Origin: Phoronis australis
Lineage: Eukaryota > Animalia > Phoronida
DNA: 64,000 bases
Reading direction: 5' to 3'
Assembly (NCBI GenBank): GCA_002633005.1
Contig: NMRA01000754.1
Span: forward strand, 102,648-166,647
Below are positions 36,683-49,470 of this stretch, one piece after another (within the stretch, counting starts at the first letter, position 1; each line of letters begins with the position of its first letter). The notes below the pieces were generated by a model. That model ran no database searches. It worked only from the letters and a program-made list of their open reading frames with translations, and had not been told where the DNA came from. Both the position numbers and the translations under genes were made by a program.

Positions 36683-38225
36683 CTGTCCGCATATCAACTA
36701 TCCACGTACCAGCGAATGTCCAGACATCGAAGAGAGCCGTCTAATCTCTAAATATCGACTGTCCGTGTGTTGGTGCCTTGGGTCGACTGTTCATATATCA
36801 ACCATCCACTTTCCGAGGAATGTCCAGACATTGAAGATCGCCATCTACTGTCTGCATATCGAACATTCACGTGTCACAGGAGCATCCAGATATCGAGGAT
36901 TGGCATCTTCTGTTCACAAACTGACTGTTCACGCATCAATGTCTGCTATCGGCTGTTCACATATCGATCGTCCACACATTGAGTTGCATTCCCACATCAA
37001 GGATTGTCATCTGCTGTTTGCATGTCAACCATCCATACATGGAGGAATGTCCACATATCCAGGATTGACATCGACTGTTTGCGTATCGGCTACCCACTCA
37101 TTGTGGAACTTCCATACATTTGAGGATTGCCCTCTACTGTCTATATGTCGACGATCCACATATCGAGAAATGTCCATGTATCGAGGATCATCATCTTCTG
37201 TACACATGTCAACCATCTACACATCGAGAAACGTCTACTCATTGAGGATGACCTTCGACTGTCCACAAACCATCTATTCACGCAACAATGTCTGCCATCA
37301 GCCATTAGCATATCGATCTTCTTCACATCAAGGAATGTCCACACATCTGGGATCTTCATCTCCCATCCTCCTGCTGACCATGTTTCCGTTGATGCTTGCC
37401 CTTGACCGTATGCATCTTGACTGTCCCCCCACCGGGATAGTCAATATGCATATGGTCAATGGACTGTACGTATAATGACTGTCCCGGTGGGGGGACAGTC
37501 AATATGCGTACGGTGAATGGCAGGCATCCGTGGACACATGATCGGTTGGTGAATGGTAGTTGACGATTCTAGTTGTGTGAATGTTCCATGGTGTGTGGGA
37601 GATTGCTATGCGGATGGCCGATGGTAGATACTGTTGTGCGAACAGTTGGTTTGTAGCGGTAGATGGTGGACCTTGATGAGTGGACGTTTCTTGATGTGAG
37701 GGTGGTTGATATGTGTACGGAAAATGTCGATCCTCGATGCATTGACATTTCTCGATATGGGGAAGGTTGACATATGGATAGTAGTCGCCAATCCTTGAAT
37801 GAATGGACGTTCCACGGTGTGTGGGCTGTCGATATGCGAACATTTGATGGTAATCTTGGATGTGGGATGTTCCACTATGTGTGGACGGGTGACATGCATA
37901 CAGCAGGTGACAATCCTTGATGCTAGGATGCTTCTTGGTGTTTGGAAGATTGGTATGCGAACAGTTGGTGGCAGCCATTGATGCGCAAACAGTTGGTTTG
38001 TGGACAAAAGATGACAATCCTCGATACCTGGATGCTCCTTGATACGTGAACGATCGGTATGTAGGTGTTAGATGGTGAACCTCAATGCATGGATGTTCCT
38101 CGATGTGTGAATGATTGACATGTGAACAGTTGATATCAGGTGTCGATGTGCGAACAGTCTTTATTTGGAGATTAGATGGAAGGCTTTGATGTATGGACAT
38201 TCTTTGGTGCCTGCATAGTTGATTT
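36683..38225. repeat. 1.5-kb degenerate palindrome made of ~61-bp tandem units, centred at ~37461
   Basis: Left arm 36683-37460 and right arm 37462-38225 are reverse complements unit by unit (roughly three-quarters identical by eye); the unit resembles CTGTYCRCATATCRACCATCCACAYATYGAGGAATGTCCACAYATCGAGGATYGYCATCT. Confidence 0.9.
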
Positions 38226-39480
38226 AGGGATTGCATAATGCACAGCAAAGAGATCAGATGAATTGATCGAGAATTCACCAATAAGATGGCCAAATTAGCT
38301 CTAAGTGATCAGGTCTTCCTGCTGATTCAGTCTCAGTACTTCTGCTGTATATGTCGTGATCTGCTCACATGTTTAACGTACATGCATCAAGAAATATCCG
38401 CATCAGTGTTTGTGCATTGATGGTTGTGCACTATGGTTGAGTGAAAAAAGGATGTGGAAACTGGCAGAAGGAAATTTAATCCATCTCAGACTTCTCAAAA
38501 ATTCTGTTTAGGCGTCCATGCATGATTCAACTTGCAAGTCATCCTTATGGGTAATGTAACTTATCTTGTAGTTAATAGGTGATTGCCAGATGCAGACATG
38601 CACCTACATGTATACTGATGCGTTAGTGAGTTTAAAGACCGTGGGCTATACTATTACATGTCATTGTTGTATAAAAAGAACTCAAGGTGTTCAGGGATAC
38701 CAATCCCTAGTTTCAGCTATTCACTCTAGTGGAGAATGGGATTGCAGATGGCTCTACCTACCATCAACAACCTGACGTCCAGCATCTGTGGCTATGATTG
38801 ACATTTATCGATGGGCAAGGTAATTTGAGTGTGCATGGGCGTGTTTAGGATGAATGTGACCATGTGCTGAGGACGGCGACGGCAAATGTAAGTGTGTGCA
38901 TAATGATTTTCATGTACGAAGCATGTCCCGAAACTGATAGGTGTGTCGCAAGCTCCGTTACCGACGGAACAAAAGGTGTATAGGAGAAACAAAGGTCATT
39001 TATTATGCGTGATAACGATACAGAAATATGAGTGTTAAATAATAAGTAAACATGAAATAATAATCTCTGGAAAGATAAGCAATGAAAAGCGTAGCACTCA
39101 GGTAAGAGGAACCACCAGAAAAGGGGCGTGGTAGTGAGTGGGGAAAAATGAAGAAAGATTTTACTCGAACGTAAGAGCTGCTAAAGCCAGGAATGACAGG
39201 AAACATGATAACTGAGAACAAAGGTTAAACCTGAGACACGTGATAATCATCAGTCAATAGGAGCCAGGAGCAACTGACAACCGCAAATGACAGAAACGAA
39301 CCAATAGTGAGACTGGTAATAAAGTGTCCTAGTGCGTCGTGTGCAAATATAATCAAAGGATTAGTGGATAAGTCCGAATGAAGAAAAAATGGTGGTATAA
39401 GCAAGACGAGTCCGTATTCTCACATAAGTATATTTAATGAGTGAAATACCATTTATGTTCGAAGTGGAATCCAAAAATGA

Positions 39481-39588
39481 TAGGTGCGTCCCAGAGCTCC
39501 GTTTCCAGAGATAAAAAGGTGCATCCCAAGCTCCGTCTCTAGAGATAAAAAGGTGCGTCCCAAGCTCCGTTTCCAGAGATAAAAAGGA
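39481..39588. repeat. 3 x ~32-bp tandem repeat
   Basis: aggtgcgtcccaagctccgtttccagagataaaa three times; a single copy in the opposite arm (~58580-58612). Confidence 0.85.
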
Positions 39589-41249
39589 GAGGTATATAAG
39601 AGAAACAAAGGTAATTTATTATGAGTGATAAGGGTACAGAAATATGAGTGTTATATTTTTTGCATGAGGCTAGGGGTAATTGGGATGTTGAGCAGTAAAG
39701 TGTGAACTATGAGGAGAGTGTCACTCGCGTGTCCCTAGTTTAGTAAAAAACTGGAATAACTCCCGTGAAAAGGGTAAGACTTTCATGTCGAGTTTTTCAT
39801 AGAAGGATGTCAATCAAGTAAAAGTCTTCCCCCATGTTGAGTTTTATTCACAGAGGATATTATTCGAGTAGAGATTGTCGTCATTGCTCCTAATCTGAAG
39901 AATTAGTGGGGCATTAAATTCAGAAATGCTAACTGGGTTTAATCTTGCATGGTAGGCAGATGACAATTCTTTCATTCGTTAATGAATTTGTAACATATGA
40001 CAAAATTAATGGTGCAATGGTATGAAAGTGACGAATCTGTGAAATGCTATAACTAAGTGAAACCGTTGAGTGACAAAGATAAATGCGAAACATAAATGAA
40101 CCGAAAACACATGAAAATAAATGAACCAATTAAACGCGAGTTTTGGACAAAAACCTGCCAAATGGTATAAATCAAATGAAACTATGAAATGTATAAAATT
40201 CATGGACTAATGTAATCAGAAACTTTAATGAATGTGTGAAATATCACAAGGCCTATAGGGTGTGATGAAGCAAAATAAATTTGAAAAATGAGAGGGTAAC
40301 ACATAAAGACATGTGCATCCTGGTATCAACCAATTGAAAAAAGCATGAACCCTTGAAATGTTACATCTAAACAAACAGGTTGAGCGTGACGAATAAAATG
40401 GGAAAAGTAACTGAATCCACAGAATTTGAGATTTTATGAATGAACGAAATATCAATTGGTGAAATGCGACACAAACAAACCTGTGGTGGCCCAGATTAAA
40501 CACAACTGATGAATCCTTAAAATGTTATGACTAAATGAAGCCGTTGAGAGCAATGAAAGAAAATGTGATGCCAGTCATCAACTGCCTTACATTGAAGGTC
40601 AACCCCTTAATTTAAGGATAAATATCTGCCTCCCACTTCTTAAATGTTTGCTAATCAACGCTGGCTGGTGGATATCAACCACTGCATGCTTTAAGGATTG
40701 CTATCTTGTCTCTGAACATCGGTTATCTGCATCTCATTGTGTTGCATTGGCAATTTGCATTGAGGAATGTCACTTGAAGGAGCAAGCATCAACAGGATCT
40801 CCCATCCACCCGATGCTGTACATTGATGCATGCTATCAATCGTATGTATGTTTACCACTCACACATGTAGGTCAATACTAAGCAACATGGTTGATTGCCT
40901 TTTTGTATCTGCCAATCCACTTCCAAATTGTTGCCTAACCATTGATTGTTCACACATCGGCTGTCCAACCAACAAGGATCATCCAACGTGGAGATTCGCA
41001 ACCTTCTGCACTGTGTCCGCTATTATATAGATGTCTAATATAAACCATACATGTAATAAACGAGACATAAATGCATCAGAGGAGTCTAGGATCGGTGATC
41101 AGAAGTGCTATGTATGTGCAACGAGTAAATAAAACTAAAACTTCATGAATTCATGAATCTCAAAAATGAGCTGAATGAATAAATATATATGCAGTAATAA
41201 ATCAATAACCATCATTCAGATGTGGTAATTTGGTGAGACAAGTAGAGCT

Positions 41250-44200
41250 TACAGTTACTTTATGCTACATCAAATGGTGGTTCTTATCTTCAGATTCTGT
41301 CAAATTACAGAATTCATTGTTATCAATGACAAGTAATATTGTGTGTTGCATGTGTGAGAGAAGCAGATTGTGCTTCTTTGTTGAATAGTGCCAAAAAAAA
41401 ATGTATAAAAAGCTGGTGCAACACAATAGGGACTTTAGCACTACTTGTCAGAGTGATCTTAATACGTCCAAAGAATGTAGTGAATTTTGAGCGAAGTAAT
41501 GCATTACGAAATGCACCAAGTTAATGGAGTCACGTCAAATGGAATAATTGAATGAATCCGTAGAATGTCATCAAATGAGCAGAAGAATAAATGACCTATA
41601 AAATACTAAACATAAGTCAACTCAAAAAATGTTAATGAATATGCATCTGATCGATAAAGAAGCATTTATTACGAGTGGTAAAGTAACCATGAAATGCAGT
41701 GAACGAATGGAGTCTTGAAGTACGACAAGTGAATGAAACTGAAATTCCATGAAATACTGAGTTTTCAAGTGCAGTAACAAATTGATTCCTGTGTAAAATG
41801 TACCTATCAAAGGATTTATACAATGATGAAAGTGGAAGCTGAGAATTTTATAGCTGGAGCCGTGAAATGTGATGAATTGAAACCATTAAAATGAGGAATA
41901 ATTGCTTTAAGCAAACCAAGGAATTCAGGGTTTGTTGAAGAGAACATTAATGATACAGCAATGTTCCCCGAATTAAAAATCCCCTAAAATATCACAATCA
42001 ACAAGCTGGTGTAGCATAATGACAGAACGTATACATTGCGAGGAAGCAAAATGGTAAATATCAGTGAGACTAGAAACTGCAGTAAACAGTGAACCCATGA
42101 AATACGAGTTAATAGAAAAGCAGTATGTGAGTTTAACAAAGTCCCAGTGTGGTACTCGTTCAAGAAACATCACAAATACTAAAGGTTGATGGAGATCATG
42201 TGTGAACTTTGAAAATTGAATGAGCCCATTAAAAAGGCTAAATGTAGCCAAGGATATGTAGCTTGAGCTTCTCAAAGGGGTGACTTGACTTGTGTACACC
42301 ATTGGTTATCAGAATGTATGGAAATTTGAATGATAAAATGCATCATATATTGAAGAAATAGTGCATCAAATTAATGGAGTCCCATATAGCAATAATATCT
42401 GGAGAAATATGACGTACCTCCATTATCACAAATCAACAATAGCTACAAATAAGTTAACCCGTAAAATGCTAAAACCAAAGGCCTGATGAAGTATCATGAG
42501 TTAATGTCAGGGTAATCAAAGTTCTACAGTGCTGCTAGTCAATCGTGTCCCGCATATGCAAAGGTTAATGGAAATAACATCAGAGAAAACTGATTGTACC
42601 CATCAACTGCAAGAAGATATTGAATTCTGGAGTGAACAAATTCATGAAAAGTTATGTATTAATAGAGCTGGAATATGTTAACCAGAACGGAAATGTAAAA
42701 AGGGTTAGAAAATTGAAATGAAAAATGTATTAAATAAACAGAGATGTAAAGATTTGCTAAACAAGTGAAAAAGGAAGGTAGGGGTGGTGAATGAGCAGGA
42801 GACAACAAATTCTATAGGTGGCTGAATTGAATTCAGCCAAAGGGAACATGTTTATCAAACATGGCTATCAAAACCATAAGATTTCTTTACAACTATTATA
42901 TCCTTAAAAGTACCTTGTACCCAGCTCTTGCTAAATAAAAAAGTTCATTCACCATCCTGAGGCAAAGGGCAATGCAGCATTTTTTCTTTTTTAATGCTCA
43001 TCATTCACTACAGGGAGAAGTGACCTGTTAGAATTTACTTAGGTTTACAATTAATTTATGCTGCAACAAGTGGTGGTTCCTTTTTCACAAATTCTAAAAT
43101 TATGGAATTTATTGTTATCACTGACAATGAACATTGTGTCTCCAGTATGTGAGGAAAGCAACTTGTTTTTTTGTTGAATTGTGCCAAACACCATTCATTG
43201 AACAACAAAATGGGTGACTTGATTTGTGTACCGAACTGCTTATAAAAGTGATTTTAATACCCCCAAAGATTGCAGTGAAATTAGAACAGAGTAATTTTTC
43301 ATAAATTGAACAAATAAGTACGTGGAATTAGTGGAGTCCTGAAAAATGCAACAATAGAATACGTCTGCAGAATGTCATTCAAGGTACACCAAAATAAAAA
43401 GACCGGTAAAATACTAACAATCAGTGAATTCTCGAAGTTTGATGGATTGATGATCTTTCATGCAATGAAGTGGTTAGAAAACTCATGAAATGCATAACAT
43501 CAATTTGACTTTAAAGTACGACAAATAGATGAAATTGTGAAATTCAATGAATTAATGAATCTTCAAATGCAGTAACAAATTGATCCCTGTGTAAAATGTA
43601 TATATCAAAGGATTTTTATTATGATAAAAGTGGAAGCTGAGAATGTCATAGCTGGAGCCATGAAATGCGATGAATTGAAACCATTAAAATGAGGAATAAG
43701 TGGTTTAGCAAACCAAGGAATTCAGGATTCGTTGAAGAGAACATTAATGGTACAACAATGTTCCCAAAATTAAAAATCGCCTAAACATATCGCAATCAAC
43801 AAGCTGGTGTAGCATAATGACAGAACGTATACATTGCGAGGACACAAATTGGTAAATATTAGTGAACCTACATGTAAATATTGCAGTTAATAATGGACCC
43901 ATGAAATGCGAGTTAATAGAAAAGCAGTATGTGGGGTTAACAAAGTCCCAGTGTGGTACTCGTTCAAGAAACAACACAAATACCAAAGGTAAATGGAGAT
44001 CGTGTAAATTCTGAAAATTGAATGAGCCCATTAAAAAGGCTAAATGTAGCCAAAGATATGTAGCTTGAGCATCTCAAAGGGGTGACTTGACTTGTGTACA
44101 CCATTGGTTATCAGAATGTATGGAAATTTGAATGATAAAATGCATCATATATTGAAGAAATAGTGCATCAAACTAATGGAGTCCCATATAGCAATAATAT

Positions 44201-47200
44201 CTGGAGAAATGATGTATCTCCAAGTTATCACAAATNAACAAGCTGGTGTAGCATAATGACAGAACGTATACATTGCGAGGAAGCAAAATGGTAAATATCA
44301 GTGAACCTAAAAACTGCAGTAAACAACGGACCCATGAAATACGAGTTAATAGAAAAGCAGTATGTGGGGTTAACAAAGTCCCAGTGTGGTACTCGTTCAA
44401 GAAACAACACAAATACCAAAGGTAAATGGAGATCGTGTAAATTCTGAAAATTGAATGAGCCCATTAAAAAGGCTAAACGTAGCCAAAGATATGTAGCTTG
44501 AGCATCTCAAAGGGGTGACTTGACTTGTGTACACCATTGGTTATCAGAATGTATGGAAATTTGAATGATAAAATGCATCATATATTGAAGAAATAGTGCA
44601 TCAAACTAATGGAGTCCCATATAGCAATAATATCTGGAGAAATGATGTATCTCCAAGTTATCACAAATCAACAATGAAATGCTACAAAAAAGTTAACCGT
44701 AAAATGCAAAAACCAAACGCCTTATGAAGTATCATGAGTTTTTGTCAGGGTAATGAAAGTCCTTCAGTGCTGCTAGTCAATCGTGTTCCGCATATGCAAA
44801 GGTTAATGAATATAACATCAGGGAAAACTGACTGTATCCATCAGCTGCAACTAGATATTGAATTCTGGAATTAACAAATTCATGAAAAGTTATTTATTAA
44901 TAGAGCTGGAATATGTTAACCAGAAAGGAAATGTACAAAGGGTTAGAAAATTGAAATGAAAAATGTATTAAATAAACAGAGATGTAAAGATTTGCTAAAC
45001 AAGCGAAAAAGGAAGGTAGGGGTGGTGAATGAGCAGGAGACGACAAATTCTATAGGTGTCTGACTTTGAATTCAGCCAAAGGGAACATGTTTATCAAACA
45101 TGGCTATCAAAACTATAAGATTTCTTTACAACTATTGTATTCTTAAAAGTAACTTGTACCCAGCTCTTGCTAAATCTAACGTTCATTCACCATCCTGAGG
45201 CAAAGGGCAATGCAGCATTTTTTCTTTTTTTAATGCTCATCATTCACTACAGGGAGAAGTGAGCTGGTGACCTGTTAGAATTTACTTGGCTTTACAATTA
45301 ATTTATGCTGCAACAAGTGGTGGTTCCTTTTTCACAAATTCTAAAATTATTGAATTCACTGTTATCACTGACAACTAACATTAAGTCTCCAATATGTGTG
45401 TTGAATTGTGCCAAACACCATTGATTGAACAACAAAATGGGTGACTTTATTTGTGTACCCCACTGCTTATAAGAGTGATTTTAATACCCCCAAAGATTGC
45501 AGTGAAATTAGGATGGAGTAATTTGTCACAAATTGAACAAATAAGTGCATGGAACTAGTGGAGTCCTGAAAAATGGGACAATAGAATGAGTCTGTAGAAT
45601 GTGATTCAATGAACATCAAAATAAAAGACTGGTAAAATACTAACAATAATTTAATTCTGGAAGCTTGATGGATTGATGATCTTTCATGCAATGAAGTGGT
45701 TAGAAAACTCATGAAACGCATCACATCAATTTGGTTTTGAAGTACAGCAAATGAATGAAATTGTGAAATTCAATGAATTCATGAATGTTTAAGTGCAGTA
45801 ACAAATTGATCCCTGTGTTAAATGTACCTATCAAAGGATTTATATAATGATGAAAGTGGAAGATGAGAATGTTATAGCTGGAGCCATGAAATGCGATGAA
45901 TTGAAACCATTAAATTGAGGCATAATTGCTTTAAGCAAACCAAGGAATTCAGGACTCGTTGCAGAGAACATTAATGGTACAACAATGTTCCCCGAATTAA
46001 AAATCGCCTAAACATATCGCAATCAACAAGCTGGTGTAGTATAACGACAGAACGTATACATTGCGAGGAAGCAAATTGGTAAATATCAGGTGAACCTAAA
46101 TATTGCAGTAAACAATGGACCCATGAAATACGAGTTAATAGAAAAGCAGTATGTGAGGTTAACAAAGTCCCAGTGTGGTACTCGTTCAAGAAACATCACA
46201 AATACCAAAAGTACATGTAAATGGATATCATGTGTAAATTCTGAAAATTGAATGAGCCCATTAAAAAGGCTAAATGTAGCCAAAGATATGCAGCTTGAGC
46301 ATATCAAAGGGGTGACTTAACTTGTGTACACCATTGCTTACCAGAATGTATCGAAATTTGAATGGTAAAATGCATCATATATTGAAGAAATAGTGCACCA
46401 AATTAGTGGAGTCCCATGAAGTATCGCGATAATATCTGGAGAAATGGTGTTATCTCCAAAATATCAGAAACCAACAATAAAATGCTATAAATCAGTTAAC
46501 CCTTAAAATGCAAAAACCAAAGACCCTATGAAGTATCATGAGTTAATGTCAGGGTAATCATAGTCCTACAGTGCTGCTAGTCAATGGTGTCCCGTATATG
46601 CAAAAGGATAATGAAAATAATATGAGGGAAAACTGACTGTACCCATCAAATGCAAGAAGATATTGAATTGTGGAGTGAACAAAATCATGAAAAGTTATGT
46701 ATTAATAGAGCTGGAATATGTTAACCAGAAAGGAAATGTACAAAGGGTTAAAAAATTGAAATCAAAATGTATTCAGTAAACAGATATAAAGATTTGCTAA
46801 ATAAGTGAAAAAGGAAGGTAGAGATAGTGAATGAGCAGGAGACAACAAATTCTATAGGTGGCTGACTTTGAATTCAGCCAAAGGAACATGTTTATCATAC
46901 ATGGCTATCAAAACTGTAAGATTTTTTACAACTATTGTATTCTTAAAGGTAACTTTCCTACCCAGCTCATGCTAAATCTAAAGTTCATTCACCATCCTGA
47001 GGCAAAGGGCAATGCAGCATTTTTTCTTTGTTAATTCTCATCATTCACTACAGGGAGAAGTGACCTGCTAGAATTTACTTTGGTTTACAATTAATTCATG
47101 CTGCACTAAGTGGAATTCATTGTTATCACTTACAATCAACATTAAGTCTCCAATATGTGAGGAAAGCAACTTGTTTTTTGTTGAATTGCGCCAAACACCA

Positions 47201-49200
47201 TTGGTTGAACAACAAAATGGGTGACTTGATTTGTGTACCCCACTGCTTATAAGAGTGATTTTAATACCCCCACAGATTGCAGTGAAAATAGAATGGACGA
47301 GTAATTTATCAAAAATTGAACAAATAAGTACATGGAATTAGTGGAGTCCTGAAAAATGGGACAATAGAATGAGTCTTTAGAATGTCACTCAATGAAATTC
47401 AAAATAAGAAACCGGTAAAATACTAACAATAATTGAATTCTCGAAGTTTGATGGATTGATTATCTTTCATGCAATGAAGTGGTTAAAAAAACCATGAAAT
47501 CATCACATAAATTTGGTTTTGAAGTACGACAAATAGATGAAATTGAAATTCAATGAATTAATGAGTCTTCAAACACAGCAATAAATTAATCCCTGTGCAA
47601 AACACAGCTATCAAAGGAATCTTTATATAATGTAATTGGAAACCGCAAATGTTATGACTTGGAGTCTTGAAATGTGATGAATTGACAAATTATTGAAAGG
47701 TGATGAGTAATTGCTCTTGGGAAAACCAATGCATTTTAATTTTGATACTTAAAAGGATTCACGGAACAGAATAAATTAATGGTTTAGTAATGTCTTATGA
47801 ATTAATAAGCCCCCAAACTCGTAAAGTAAATATTTCCATGGAGTCTAAGGGACCAAAAGGTGAAAAATAAGTGAACCTATCAAATACAAAAACACAGTAT
47901 CTATGAAATATGACTTAATTACCAAACGTGGTACTACTACCCCCAAATAATGTTGAAATATTTGAATGGTAGAATGCATCATGCATTGAAGAAAACAATT
48001 CATCAAATTTCTGGAGCCATGTGCAATTGAATGCATTATGAAATAAACAGAAAAATACATAAGATGTAAAATGTAAAAAGAAATTAACTCCTGGAAGTTG
48101 GCGAATTAAAAAATCCGTAATGTGTATTCCGTCATTGATAAAGAAAACCAGTGGCCATTCAATGAAATTTCAAAATTTGTTTGACTTAATGAATCTTCAA
48201 AATATGTTAAAAGGATAAATCTATGAGCAATAATCTAATAATCCATGTGCAGAATGCAACTTCAAGGGAATATATTAATTAATTGATGTAACTGGAAGTT
48301 GAAATTGTTATAACTGGAGTCATGAAATGTGGTGAATTAACAAACCATGTAAAGGTGAAAAATTATTGGTTCTGTGAAAAGCAATGGATTCATGCAAAAG
48401 TAAATTAAAGGAAGGTGCAATAATATATAATGAAATAACAAACAAAAAAATAAATAACAAAACCGGTGTAGAGTGATGACAGAGCCTGCGAAAAAACAAA
48501 GGCATTGATTGCAAAGAAGCAAAACGCTAAAAATAAATGAGCCTATAAATCAATGGGCCCCTGAAGTATTATGAATGGATGTGACGGTTATCAGAGTCCT
48601 ACAGTGTTGTTTTTCAAACCTGTAATGCCAATGTAAGTGGTAAATGGAAAAAAAATAGAGACAACTGATTGAATCCATCAAATGCATTCAAATTATTGAA
48701 TGAGCTCATGAGAACTAATGAATAAATACAGCTAGAATTTGTTACAATGCAAGGAAATTGTTTATTTATTACCAAGATATGACAATTTGTTTAACAAGTG
48801 AAAAGAAAGATAGGGATGGTGAATGAACAGGGGACAGCAAATTGAATAGCTGGCTGAATTTAATTTCAGCCCAAGTGAACATGTTGATCAAACATAGCCT
48901 TCTTTACTCTGGCTAAAACTGAAATTCATTCACCATCCTGAGGCAAAGGGCAACGCAGCATTTTTTCTTTTTCAATGTTCATTATTGAGCAAAAATGTTC
49001 TGCTAGCATTTGGCTGGATTTACGATTTTTGTGCTGCATCTAGTGGTGGTTCCTTTTTCACAAATGGTAAAATTATGGAATTCCATGCTATCAATGAACA
49101 ATTAGTGTTGTGTCTGCAATATGTGAAGAAAGCAACTTGTGTTTCTTCATTTAATTGGGCCAAACACCATTGTATAACACGCTGAAACAACAAAATGGGT
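41250..49200. repeat. Tandem array of ~1.8-kb AT-rich units (3 full copies plus diverged flanking copies)
   Basis: Anchor gcagtaacaaattgat..ctgtg at ~41771, 43570 and 45797 (variant at 47575); anchor tgc..catc/aagtggtggttc at ~41265, 43060, 45307 and 49033. Confidence 0.9.
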
Positions 49201-49470
49201 GACACCTTCGCTTATCAGAATGGAGTAGTGTATCACGGAATGAACTAAAGAGTGCCTTGATTAATAGACTCGTATGAAATGAAACAAGTAAATCATTATG
49301 TACTGTCATTACCTCAATATCAATACAAAAGACCTATAAAACACTAAGAATAAGTGAACTACAGAATTTTGATGCATTGATATGTTATAAAAGGTTTATG
49401 GATATCATGCGAACAACCAGAAATGTGATAAATAAATGGAGATGTTACAGTAATGATTGTTTGACATGTA

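Noticed and set aside
36765-38293. Mirror ORFs of 236 aa (+) and 264 aa (-) with similar peptides (GASRYRGL...IKDCHLL)
   Set aside because: The similarity follows from the DNA palindrome. The ~61-bp unit is not a multiple of 3, the two ORFs fall out of frame with each other after HGGMS/HSGTS, and no domain is recognisable.
43798-44668. Extra ~435-bp tandem copy within the array
   Set aside because: The junction is exactly a single N (44236); most likely an unmerged contig or haplotype overlap.
36683-48800. CRISPR-like repeat-spacer array
   Set aside because: The repeats are degenerate and contiguous, with no invariant repeat or unique spacers and no cas genes; the context is eukaryotic.
48811-48966. 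Hammerhead ribozyme in the multi-stem module
   Set aside because: No CUGANGA core correctly placed relative to GAAA and the stems.
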